Positions 52,430-61,209 of a stretch of 64,000 nucleotides of DNA are shown piece by piece (position 1 is the first letter of the stretch; each line of letters begins with the position of its first letter). The notes under the pieces are model-generated. The model searched no databases, had not been told where the DNA came from, and saw nothing but the letters and a program-made list of their open reading frames with translations. Made by a program: the position numbers and the translations under genes. The stretch spans positions 320,001 to 384,000 of the forward strand of contig CBDCTK010000002.1 of NCBI GenBank assembly GCA_965222225.1, read 5' to 3'. The stretch comes from Candidatus Poribacteria bacterium (lineage in GTDB: Bacteria > Poribacteria > WGA-4E > JAJDTR01).

Positions 52430-53401
52430 ACCTTTGGTGCTAGTTTAGAGAGTGAATTGAGCTATTGACAGAGGCACAAAGCCATCGTCGTCAATCGACA
52501 ATCCATTCCACTGTACCAAGAGATTGAACAAAGCCATTGTAAAGCCGACTCGCGTTTTGAAGTAACTCCAACGACGGTGCATGACTTTCTTAAAATGGCA
52601 CACTAGCGTCAACATGGACAAAATCGTTTCTACCAGCATCCGAGAATTCCACTCGCCACGTCGGCACAGACGCAAGTTGGAAGGGAACCAATCCGCTTTG
52701 GCGAAATTTACATCGGCAAAAACAACCATCTGGTCACTGACCCCATCAACGAGATGTTGGAAGGCACTCCCATCATGTACATTGGCAGTGTCGCAGTCCC
52801 AGTTGACAATCAGTCCGAGATGATTGTGTAGCAAGCAAAGTTTTCCACCTACAATCCATCGTTGGTTGGAAATGCCTTTGCGTCCGATTTGACGTTTAGA
52901 GCGCCCTTCTCGGCGCGGGTGAATCAATTCAATACCGTACGTGTCAATTCCACCGATAAGCGAAGGATTCGCCATAAAAACGTCAATGAGATGTTGATGC
53001 CCGTCGAATAAGCGGAACAATCGGGTACGCTCGGGTAACATCGGAAATAAGGATTTGAAATTGTTCGCTATCCAGCGATAGGAGGCTCGATTACCCACAC
53101 CCTTGAGCGCAAAGAGCATGGCAATGGTAACCACTTCAGACGGATAAAGTTTGGCATGGCTATGCTTATGGTTTTTACCGTGCTGTGAGAGTTTATCATC
53201 AACACAACAAAACAGTTCTGTGATAAAATCTACTATGGTCATGAGTCTAGATTTCCTCCCGTTATTTGATAGCTACCGATACTCAAATTAACGGTAGAAT
53301 CGAGGAAATCGTCTCATGCCCTGATACCTTTCGCGTTAAAGCAAAGCCAAAAGGGAATGTTATGCTTATTAACCTCCAAATTTCAAACTAGCACCATTGG
53401 T
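52430..53401 (-). mobile_element. IS982-family insertion sequence, 972 bp, with 5-bp target duplication TACTA
   Basis: TIRs ACCTTTGGTGCTAGTTT / ACCAATGGTGCTAGTTT; TACTA at 52425-52429 and 53402-53406; AC...GT ends and about 1 kb size typical of IS982. Confidence 0.85.
52445..53242 (-). CDS. DDE transposase (IS982 family)
   Basis: LFCCVDD, L..SEVVTI, LPERTRL.R, ID, G.KL, ANVHD, AD, R..VET..S.L. Confidence 0.85.
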   Translation of the reverse strand: MTIVDFITELFCCVDDKLSQHGKNHKHSHAKLYPSEVVTIAMLFALKGVGNRASYRWIANNFKSLFPMLPERTRLFRLFDGHQHLIDVFMANPSLIGGIDTYGIELIHPRREGRSKRQIGRKGISNQRWIVGGKLCLLHNHLGLIVNWDCDTANVHDGSAFQHLVDGVSDQMVVFADVNFAKADWFPSNLRLCRRGEWNSRMLVETILSMLTLVCHFKKVMHRRWSYFKTRVGFTMALFNLLVQWNGLSIDDDGFVPLSIAQFTL

Positions 53402-53718
53402 TACTATTATGACACGCCCCATACCACCTGTTGGCCTTCACACCAAACCCCGTAGGCGGGGCATCTTGCCCCGCTGTGGAAAGACCTGATTGACGCTATT
53501 GATGCACTTCGAATATAGAGAAATGGTATAACCACAAATTATAGTCAAAAGAATCTTTCCGTTTTCCACTGTTTTGCACTAATCCGTGTGCTATAAAACT
53601 CGAGTTTCCACCTTGTGAAGAAATGAGGCAAGAGAGCTTGTAAGTTGGGTAGAGGTCGGTCAATTAACGACATTGCGAACTAGTTTCTGTTAAAATTTTT
53701 GTCAAGCGTGTGCGTACT

Positions 53719-53985
53719 CGTAGGGGCGCGGATCAAATGAGCGAATAGCGAATGCGATAGAGATCTTCTCCTCGCCCAACGGGTTGGGAGACCCAACCCC
53801 TACGTTTGCCGGTGCGTGTCTAACTAGGGGGCTTGGTTTCCTCGTCCGTTCCTCCAACGCGTTGAGTTGTGTCCACATGTCAAAAAACGTGCAAAGCACA
53901 AACAGAACCCGAACGGGCGGGGATCAAATGAGCAGATAGCAATCAAGCGAACGGATAGTGAGTGCGATAGAAATCTTCTTACCCC
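53719..53985 (+). repeat. REP cluster with micro-element copies 8 (53732-53766) and 9 (53942-53976); copy 9 follows a truncated copy at 53923-53941
   Basis: CGTAGGGGCGCGG|element|TCTCCTCGCCC...GGGTTGGGAGACCCAACCCCTACG. Confidence 0.85.
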
Positions 53986-54219
53986 GTGCTGACTTCCCAC
54001 AAACTCGGTTGCTTTGCCCAATTTGCTTACTTGAGAGAACCTATTTATGCCTCCCTCGATTATCTGGTGACGACGAAATGCCAACAGAACCTAGCACAAG
54101 GCGTCGGGTTAACAGTTAAATACTACTGGGGTGTCTCATACCAAATTAACCAGATTCGCCCCGTTTTCCCCTCTCGTATTTCCAAAGAGGCGGCTCCTAT
54201 ATCCGCCCGCTCAATATTC

Positions 54220-55790
54220 TCAGCGCGATTTGCGCGATTCACGCATTTCACTGTGAAGCCCCCTCCAGACGCAAACCGACATTCCCAATAGGATAATGGC
54301 GAACGGGAGGCCAGCCGCGAGCGTGGCCGCCTGTAACGATTTTAGACCGCCGCCAAGCAGCAGCGCGATGGCGACCAGCCCCTCGACAGTACACCAGAAC
54401 ACACGTTGCGGCGCCGGTGTGTCAATCTTGCCGCCAGCCGCGATGAGGTCAATGATTAGGGAGCCGGAGTCTGAGGAGGTAATGAAAAATACGATTGTCA
54501 GAATTATCGCGACGGATGAAAGTAGTGTCATCATCGGAAATCTGTCAAACATTTTGAACAATGTAATTTCAAGATTCTGAGCTTCAACATTCTCGGCCAC
54601 ATCGGAATAACCGTCAACGAGATGCTGGTGGAGTGCAGTGCCGCCAAAGCCGCCGAACCACAATAAACATAACAACGTCGGCAAAAGGAGCACGAAGATT
54701 GTGAATTCTCGAACCGTGCGTCCTCTTGAAATGCGAGCAATGAATGGGCCAACGAACGGTGCCCAAGCAAGCCACCATGCCCAAGAGAACGTCGTCCAAT
54801 CGTGCAAGAATCCGATATCTTCCCGCCCAATCCAGTTACTGAGTGGTACAATCATCGCTAGATAGCTACCAAACCCAGCCAACATACTGCGGAAAATATA
54901 GCGCGTCGGGCCGAGGATGATAACAGTCAAGAGCAACAAAAACGCAAGAATTATGTTGAACTGGCTAAGACGCTTGATGCCCACATTAATACCGGTCAAC
55001 ACCGATGTCAGCGCGATGCACGTAATGACGACAATCAGCATTACCATGGTGGCGCTGGTCGCCGGAACATCAAACAGATAGTTCAGGCCGATGGTAATCT
55101 GTTGTACCCCCAAGCCGAGCGAGGTCGCAAGCCCAAACAACCCTGCGAATATGGCGAACGTATCAATGATATGGCCAGGCCATCCCCAGACGCGGTCTCC
55201 GATCAATGGATAGAACGCTGAGCGGATAGTGAGAGGTAGTTTCTTATTGTAGGCGAAAAACCCTAAAGCAAGTCCGCCATGCCGTAAATTGCCCAGCCGT
55301 GTAGACCCCAGTGGAAGATCGCAGCCGATATACCGACGGTGGCAGCTTCCTCCGTTCCGGCGGTAACCCCGAGCGGAGGGTTCTGCAAGTAATACATCGG
55401 TTCCGCCACACCGAAAAACAGTAGACCAATACCCACACCTGCCGAAAAGAGCATGGCAAACCAGGTTAAATTGGAGTACTCGGGTTTTGAATCCGCGCCC
55501 CCCAGGCGCACCTTGCCGAGCGGTGAGAACACCAAGTACAGAAAAAAGAGTAAGATTAGGTTGGCAGCGATCATGAAAAACCAATTAAGATTCGTTGTGA
55601 GCCAAGTGTAAGTGTCTCCGAAAACTTTCGTCGCACCTTCTTGAAAGACGAGTGCCCCAACGACAAATAGGGCGATGCCTATGCTGGACATCACGAACAC
55701 CGGAGTTAGATAGATATCTAAACCGAATAACTTCCGGTACGTCGTGTCATCTGGCAGATATGGTTGATTTTCTTCTTCGCGCACTTTCAA
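54220..55790 (-). CDS. BCCT (betaine/carnitine/choline) transporter; 1-nt frameshift near 55275
   Basis: WFAMLFSAGVGIGL.FFGVAEP, FHWGLHGWAIY, WT.F.WAWW.AW.PFVG.FIARISRGRT.REF and FF.TSSDSG; one extra G joins the two ORFs. Confidence 0.88.
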
Positions 55791-55901
55791 AATTCTCCTT
55801 TTAGCCAAGTAGGCGCGCCTTGCAAACATACCTACTTGACCCTACAGACGTAGCTGATTAGGACATTTTAAGGAAGGATGGAAAAATCCTTGCATGCCTT
55901 C

Positions 55902-56138
55902 TTCGTAACAGTTTAGTTCGGTTCAAGAAAAGGGGCTAACTGTTGAGTTTGGTCTATGAAAATGGATAAATGGTCGTAAAGTTTATGTCTCTATTTATCG
56001 GTGGGAGCGGCATCTCTGCCGCGACCAGCGCGGGTGGAGTAGCATCCGCCCATTACATGTAAACGGCGGACGTGCAATGAATTGCACTACTACGAGCCAA
56101 CATCGGCAATATAGATCGATGGACTAAACTGTTACGAA
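55902..56138. mobile_element. 237-bp MITE-like element with perfect 16-bp terminal inverted repeats and internal REP hairpins
   Basis: TTCGTAACAGTTTAGT ... ACTAAACTGTTACGAA; internal GTGGGAGCGGCATCTCTGCCGCG and GTGCAATGAATTGCACTACTAC. Confidence 0.7.
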
Positions 56139-56318
56139 AAATGGTAGTTCTTGACAATGGGTTCATCTTGCCAGGCTCTCTTAGGGAATATCGGCGATCA
56201 TTCCCTGCATTGTCCAGTCATTTTGCAAAAGGAATTACCCTTAAACTAGCCTAGATTTTCAACTCGTTGGGACAAATATACTCAATCCGGTTGAGTCGTT
56301 AAGGAGGGAAAGTGAAAA

Positions 56319-57095
56319 TTAGGAGAGCACCATCTGGTGGGCTTTCGTGAAGCAACGGCGGCGAACAATGTGAACGACGATTGAAGTGCCGATTGCCGTG
56401 GATGCAACTAACATTAACATTACTAGAATTTGATACTTGATGGCGGTCAACGGTTGAGTACCTGACATAATCTGACCTGTCATCATGCCCGGTAGCGAGA
56501 CTAAGCCGACCGTCATCAGCGCGTTAATTGAGGGGATCATTCCCGCTTTGATAACCGTGCGAAGAATATCACCGGTTGCCTCCTGATACGTGGCTCCCAA
56601 ACACAAAGCCAATTCAATTGTATCAGATTCTTTCCGCAGGTCCGAGAACAATCGATCCAAAGCAATGGATATGGCGTTCATCGAGTTGCCGATAATCATG
56701 CCGCCAAGTGGAATGAAATACTGAGGAGTATACCACGGCTTAACTTGCAGAATTGCACCAGTGACAGCGAAGGCAACAATCATGTAGCTGACAACCATGG
56801 AAACAAAGGTTGGCGTAAAAAGACGAACCTCTTTCTCCTTAACCCGACCGCTGATGGTTTGTGCCGCCCAGAAAATCATCCAGATATAGCAGAGAATCAC
56901 GAGATACGGATTCTTGATGTCGAAGATGAACTTGAGAATGTATCCGACCAGAAATAGTTGAGCAAACGTCCGCACAGTTCCCCAGACGAGGTCTTTCTCC
57001 AACCTCAACTTAAAGAGGAGGGATCCGACGCCAGCGACCACAACAAATGCCAAGCAAAGTACCAACTGGAGTGGAGAAATCTCTATGATATTCAT
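56319..57095 (-). CDS. fetB: UPF0014 ABC permease (FetB/YbbM-like)
   Basis: RT.AQL..VGY.L, IP.GGM.IGNSM, E..L.LGAT, GLVSLPGMMTGQI.SG..P..A.KYQ. Confidence 0.85.
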   Translation of the reverse strand: MNIIEISPLQLVLCLAFVVVAGVGSLLFKLRLEKDLVWGTVRTFAQLFLVGYILKFIFDIKNPYLVILCYIWMIFWAAQTISGRVKEKEVRLFTPTFVSMVVSYMIVAFAVTGAILQVKPWYTPQYFIPLGGMIIGNSMNAISIALDRLFSDLRKESDTIELALCLGATYQEATGDILRTVIKAGMIPSINALMTVGLVSLPGMMTGQIMSGTQPLTAIKYQILVMLMLVASTAIGTSIVVHIVRRRCFTKAHQMVLS

Positions 57096-57757
57096 GCGGA
57101 TACCTCCTCAAGCCTATCAGGTTGGAGGAGAAATCTCCGAGACTTTACTCGGTCGGGGACAAAATCGAAGTGTGTTACTAAAATAACACCAATCTTCTGT
57201 TCAATATTCAGTCGTTCTAGGGAATCCTCAACAATCTCCTTTGACTGTTGGTCAAGCGCCGATGTCGGTTCATCGCACAGCAGGATTTCAGGCTCCGTGA
57301 GCACCGTCCGAACCAAGGCAATTCGTTGTTTTTGACCCACGGAAAGTTTCATCGCGTCATCACTCAGCTTAACGCCTTCAATTACAAACGTCTCCATCCA
57401 CTTCTGTTTTTCAGCCGTGCCGGGCAGCTTTTGAGCGCCTGTCGAGTGGAATCGGAATGGGAAATCAAGGTTGTCTTCGACGGAGCCGGGTATCATTATA
57501 GGGGTTTGTTGGACATAGCCAATTTTACGCCTCAATGAAGTGACTTCATATGTGGCAATCAGTTGACCATCAATCAAAATCTCCCCCGATGTAGTTTCTT
57601 GCAGGCGATTCATCAGGCGCAATAGACTGGACTTCCCGACTCCGGACGCTCCCTGAACTACAATGAATTTACCTGTCTCTACGACTAGATTGATACCCTG
57701 AAGCAGCGGTGGTTTCCCGTCGTATTGCAAAGACACGTTTTTCAATTCGATTCGCAT
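57092..57757 (-). CDS. fetA: ABC transporter ATP-binding protein (FetA/YbbL-like)
   Basis: GASGVGKS, LSVGQKQR, LLCDEPTSALD and VTH; overlaps the fetB start. Confidence 0.85.
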   Translation of the reverse strand: MRIELKNVSLQYDGKPPLLQGINLVVETGKFIVVQGASGVGKSSLLRLMNRLQETTSGEILIDGQLIATYEVTSLRRKIGYVQQTPIMIPGSVEDNLDFPFRFHSTGAQKLPGTAEKQKWMETFVIEGVKLSDDAMKLSVGQKQRIALVRTVLTEPEILLCDEPTSALDQQSKEIVEDSLERLNIEQKIGVILVTHFDFVPDRVKSRRFLLQPDRLEEVSA

Positions 57758-57850
57758 ATCGGGTTAAGGGACTGTCCTGCTGTGAAGTGTAGCAAGCGTC
57801 ATCAAATTGCCTTGCATTTTCTCGCACCTCAATTCAAGTTCTCCACACAA

Positions 57851-58867
57851 TTAAAAACCGCGTCCGCTTGCTACAATAAAAGGCTGCAATTCCTCAACTA
57901 ATTGTAGGAATGTGTCTGGACTAAGCGATTGTGCACCATCAGAAAGCGCTTTATCGGGATTCGGATGCATTTCAATCATTAGTCCGTCTGCTCCCGCAGC
58001 GACAGCAGCTTTTGCCATTGGTGGAACAAATTCTGAATCTCCAGTCCCATGGCTAGGATCTGCGATGATGGGCAAATGACTCATTTTTTTGAGTACGGGA
58101 ATTGCGTTCAAATCAAATGTGTTGCGAGTTGCTGTTTCAAATGTGCGAATACCTCGCTCGCACAGCAGTACATTGTAGTTGCCACCAGAAAGGACGTATT
58201 CGGCTGAAAGCAAGAGTTCATCCACCTTGGACATCATGCCGCGCTTAATCATGACCGGCTTTTTTGCCTTTCGCAGGCGTGAGAGAAGCCCGTAGTTCTG
58301 CATATTCCGAGCTCCAATCTGAATGATGTCGGTATATTTCTCCACAAGCTGCAAATCATAACTATCAAGCAATTCGGTGATAATCAACAACCCGGTTTTG
58401 TCTCGCGCTTCGGCGAGGTATTCTAGCCCTTCTTCGCCAAGTCCTTGAAAACTATACGGAGACGTGCGCGGTTTGAAAGCGCCTCCCCGCAAGATTTGTG
58501 CACCGGACTCTTTGACAGTTTCGGCTGCTTCCAGAATCTGCTCTCGACTTTCAACGGAGCACGGTCCAGCCATCAAGATTAACCTATCACCACCGATTTC
58601 AACATTCCCGATTCGAATAACACTTCGCTCCTGCCTATATTCTCTGCCCGATAATTTGTACGGTTCAAGAATCGGTACAACTTTATCAACCGCGTGCATT
58701 GACTCTAGCTGCTGGAGTTCGTACTTGCCGCGTTCATCTCCAATAGCGGCTATGACTGTGCATTCCGTTCCCTGAATCGGGTGGGGGGTGTACCCAAGCT
58801 CCTCAATTCTGGCAATGACGGCATCAATGTATCGCTGTTCCGCCTCTGCGCTCATAACAATGACCAC
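57851..58867 (-). CDS. aroF: DAHP synthase type I-beta with N-terminal regulatory domain
   Basis: [40 protein letters not shown] and DPSHG. Confidence 0.95.
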   Translation of the reverse strand: MVIVMSAEAEQRYIDAVIARIEELGYTPHPIQGTECTVIAAIGDERGKYELQQLESMHAVDKVVPILEPYKLSGREYRQERSVIRIGNVEIGGDRLILMAGPCSVESREQILEAAETVKESGAQILRGGAFKPRTSPYSFQGLGEEGLEYLAEARDKTGLLIITELLDSYDLQLVEKYTDIIQIGARNMQNYGLLSRLRKAKKPVMIKRGMMSKVDELLLSAEYVLSGGNYNVLLCERGIRTFETATRNTFDLNAIPVLKKMSHLPIIADPSHGTGDSEFVPPMAKAAVAAGADGLMIEMHPNPDKALSDGAQSLSPDTFLQLVEELQPFIVASGRGF

Positions 58868-59409
58868 TGGTCTCTATCTCCTGTGTATTTTAAGGGGTGT
58901 GGGTTGTGGTTGGTTCTCGCAACGAAGCCGGAATCCTTACATTATCGGTTTCTAACGTTGGGATTCGCGTACCCTACTTTAATCGTAGCGAATTCAATTG
59001 CATTTTCGAACGGGATTCTTGTCGAATCCAAGAAAATGGTTGGTTTTCAATCAACAATACGATTTATTGTGGTTCCGCGATTCATCATCTTTGAGCGAAT
59101 TTCGATTGTCAAATGGAAGATGGAGTTCCGAACTGCGTAAATCCAAGCAATTCAATACTATCAAGCAATTCAATACTATTTCGAAGGAAGTTGCGCCGAC
59201 TCTTTACCATTAAAGAATAACATATCTATCCACTTATTTACAAGAACAGGCAAGAACGTGTCTGAACCTAGACACGCTTCAAAGTCAGAGTATCGGGAGT
59301 ATGAATCCGTTTTCGGGGGTTAAGTCAAGGTAGTCGTAGAGGTCGAGTTATGCCATATCTAAGGGTGTTGTATACAAATCCTTGGAGTCGGCATTGTCTT
59401 TCTTTTAAC

Positions 59410-59438
59410 TTGACTTTTGGGACTGTTTTTGCTAAAAT
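59410..59438 (+). promoter_or_regulatory. Sigma70-type promoter facing gltA
   Basis: TTGACT, 17-nt spacer, TAAAAT with TG upstream of the -10. Confidence 0.55.
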
Positions 59439-59625
59439 AGCAGTGGGGTAGCGCCGAATTTAAAGTACGTTAATGCACTGCTGCGACAGAATCGGAATTT
59501 TTTTATTGAGCCTGCCGGAATGCAGTCCGTCCAAAGGTAGTGCATACCTTCCCTGTTTTCCTCACGAAGTTGACTCGTTACGAGCATTCGGGGCGCCCAA
59601 ATCTAGGACATGCACTTTGTTTGTT

Positions 59626-59840
59626 ATACCATTTCGCTTGAATAATAGTGCGTATAATGTCTTAATTATATCGTTCACTTTCTCCGTCGGCGGGGATCAA
59701 CTGACCCAACAGGCAGGGCGATGGAGATCTCGTCTTGCCCCGCCGACTTTTCGCGGAGACAAGGTTTATTTCTCTGCTACAAGCAAGTTTCTTTACTTAA
59801 TCCACGTAATCAATGCACTTGCATTTTAGTGAAATAGTAT
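59626..59840 (+). mobile_element. MITE family A copy with micro-element copy 10 (59696-59730)
   Basis: ATACCATTTCGCTTGAATAATAGTGCGTATA (1 mismatch to 52380) ... ATGCACTT...GAAATAGTAT; insert in the GCGGGG|CGTCTTGCCCCGC hairpin. Confidence 0.75.
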
Positions 59841-60046
59841 TACCAATGTAAAATTCATGGCAAATGAATTGTTCTGTTGACTTAGAGGCTATTGGGAGGG
59901 AAGGTCGCGAAGAGCAATTCTGCTTAATCTTACTGTGCTTTTTTCGGAGCCATATAAGGCAATTCACCAGATTCACAGAAACCATGTTGAAATGAATGCG
60001 GAACGATTCTCACGTGCCGTGCCGTGTCAGCCATAGGAGGGGTTGC

Positions 60047-61195
60047 ATGCCACATGAATTTGTACCCGGCCTTGAAGGGGTGCCGATTGCTAAATCCGCA
60101 ATCAGTTTTGTTGATGGGCTAAACGGAGTCTTGGAATACCGAGGAATCCGCATACAAAATCTTGCCGAACACAGCACGTATGAGGAAACCGCTCATTTGT
60201 TGCTCAAAGGCGAACTGCCAGACCAAGCGGCGCTTGACGATTTAATCCATGATTTGGCTCACTACCGAAGGCTTGAATCCCAAGTGATTGATTTAATTAA
60301 ATGCCTGCCTGAATACGGACATCCGATGGACGCCTTGCAAGCGGCGATTGCTGCTTTGGGCATGTTTCATTCTGCCAAGGATGTCACCAATAACGCGGAA
60401 AACAACCTTTCTTGCATTCGCTTAATTGCCAAGCTTCCTACCATCGTCAGTACATTCGAGAGGTTCCGAAACGGCGCTGAGATCCTTCCTCCTCATGACG
60501 GCCTTGGACACGCTGCCAATTTCTTATTCATGCTTACGGGTGAGGAGCCTAATCATGTGAGCGTAAGAGCTCTTGACGTGTGTCTAATATTGCATGCCGA
60601 CCATACAATGAATGCTTCAACGTTTAGCGGACGCGTGACAGGTTCGACCTTGGCGGATCCGTACACGGTTGTCAGTTCGGCGGTTGGCACGCTGTCAGGG
60701 CCATTACACGGTGGCGCGAACGAACAGGTGCTTGATATGCTCCGTGAAATCGGATCAGTTCAAAATGCGGAGTCCTACATCGAAAGCAAGATGGCGAACA
60801 AAGAACGAATCATGGGCTTTGGGCACCGTGTGTATAAGACCAAGGACCCGCGGGCGATTATCCTGAGACGCCTGGCAGACGAAATGACTGAGGAGCATGG
60901 TTCAACCGAGTTGTGCGAAATCGCTCTGAGGGTCGACGAAATCGTCACTGAACGGTTGGGTGAGAAGGGAATATATGCAAATGTTGATTTCTACTCGGGT
61001 ATCGTTTACGACGCGCTGGGGATCCGGCCAGACGCTTTTACTCCAATCTTTGCCATGGGGCGAGTCGCAGGATGGCTTGCGCATTGGTTGGAGCAACTAA
61101 TCGATAATCGAATCTTTCGACCGACCCAAATATACGCAGGGGAACACGACGTTCAATATAATCCGGCGGAGCAACGCGGCGGAAAATCAAGCTAG
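60047..61195 (+). CDS. gltA: Citrate synthase
   Basis: GLEGV, LHADH, GPLHGGAN, MGFGHRVYK..DPR and NVDFYSG; AGGAGG RBS. Confidence 0.96.
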   Translation: MPHEFVPGLEGVPIAKSAISFVDGLNGVLEYRGIRIQNLAEHSTYEETAHLLLKGELPDQAALDDLIHDLAHYRRLESQVIDLIKCLPEYGHPMDALQAAIAALGMFHSAKDVTNNAENNLSCIRLIAKLPTIVSTFERFRNGAEILPPHDGLGHAANFLFMLTGEEPNHVSVRALDVCLILHADHTMNASTFSGRVTGSTLADPYTVVSSAVGTLSGPLHGGANEQVLDMLREIGSVQNAESYIESKMANKERIMGFGHRVYKTKDPRAIILRRLADEMTEEHGSTELCEIALRVDEIVTERLGEKGIYANVDFYSGIVYDALGIRPDAFTPIFAMGRVAGWLAHWLEQLIDNRIFRPTQIYAGEHDVQYNPAEQRGGKSS

Positions 61196-61209
61196 AATGA
61201 GGAACAACA

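Larger units (their letters stand above)
52380..53530 (+). mobile_element. MITE family A copy interrupted by the IS982-family element
   Basis: Removing 52430-53406 restores a sequence collinear with the reverse complement of 5997-6203, lacking the 35-nt micro-element. Confidence 0.8.

Noticed and set aside
51442-54618. BCCT duplicate as a diversity-generating retroelement TR/VR pair
   Set aside because: No reverse transcriptase in the window; the differences are not adenine-specific and include indels and non-coding DNA.
457-59730. Micro-elements as CRISPR repeats or spacers
   Set aside because: They are dispersed rather than regularly arrayed, there are no cas genes, and the variable part covaries as a hairpin instead of being unique spacer sequence.
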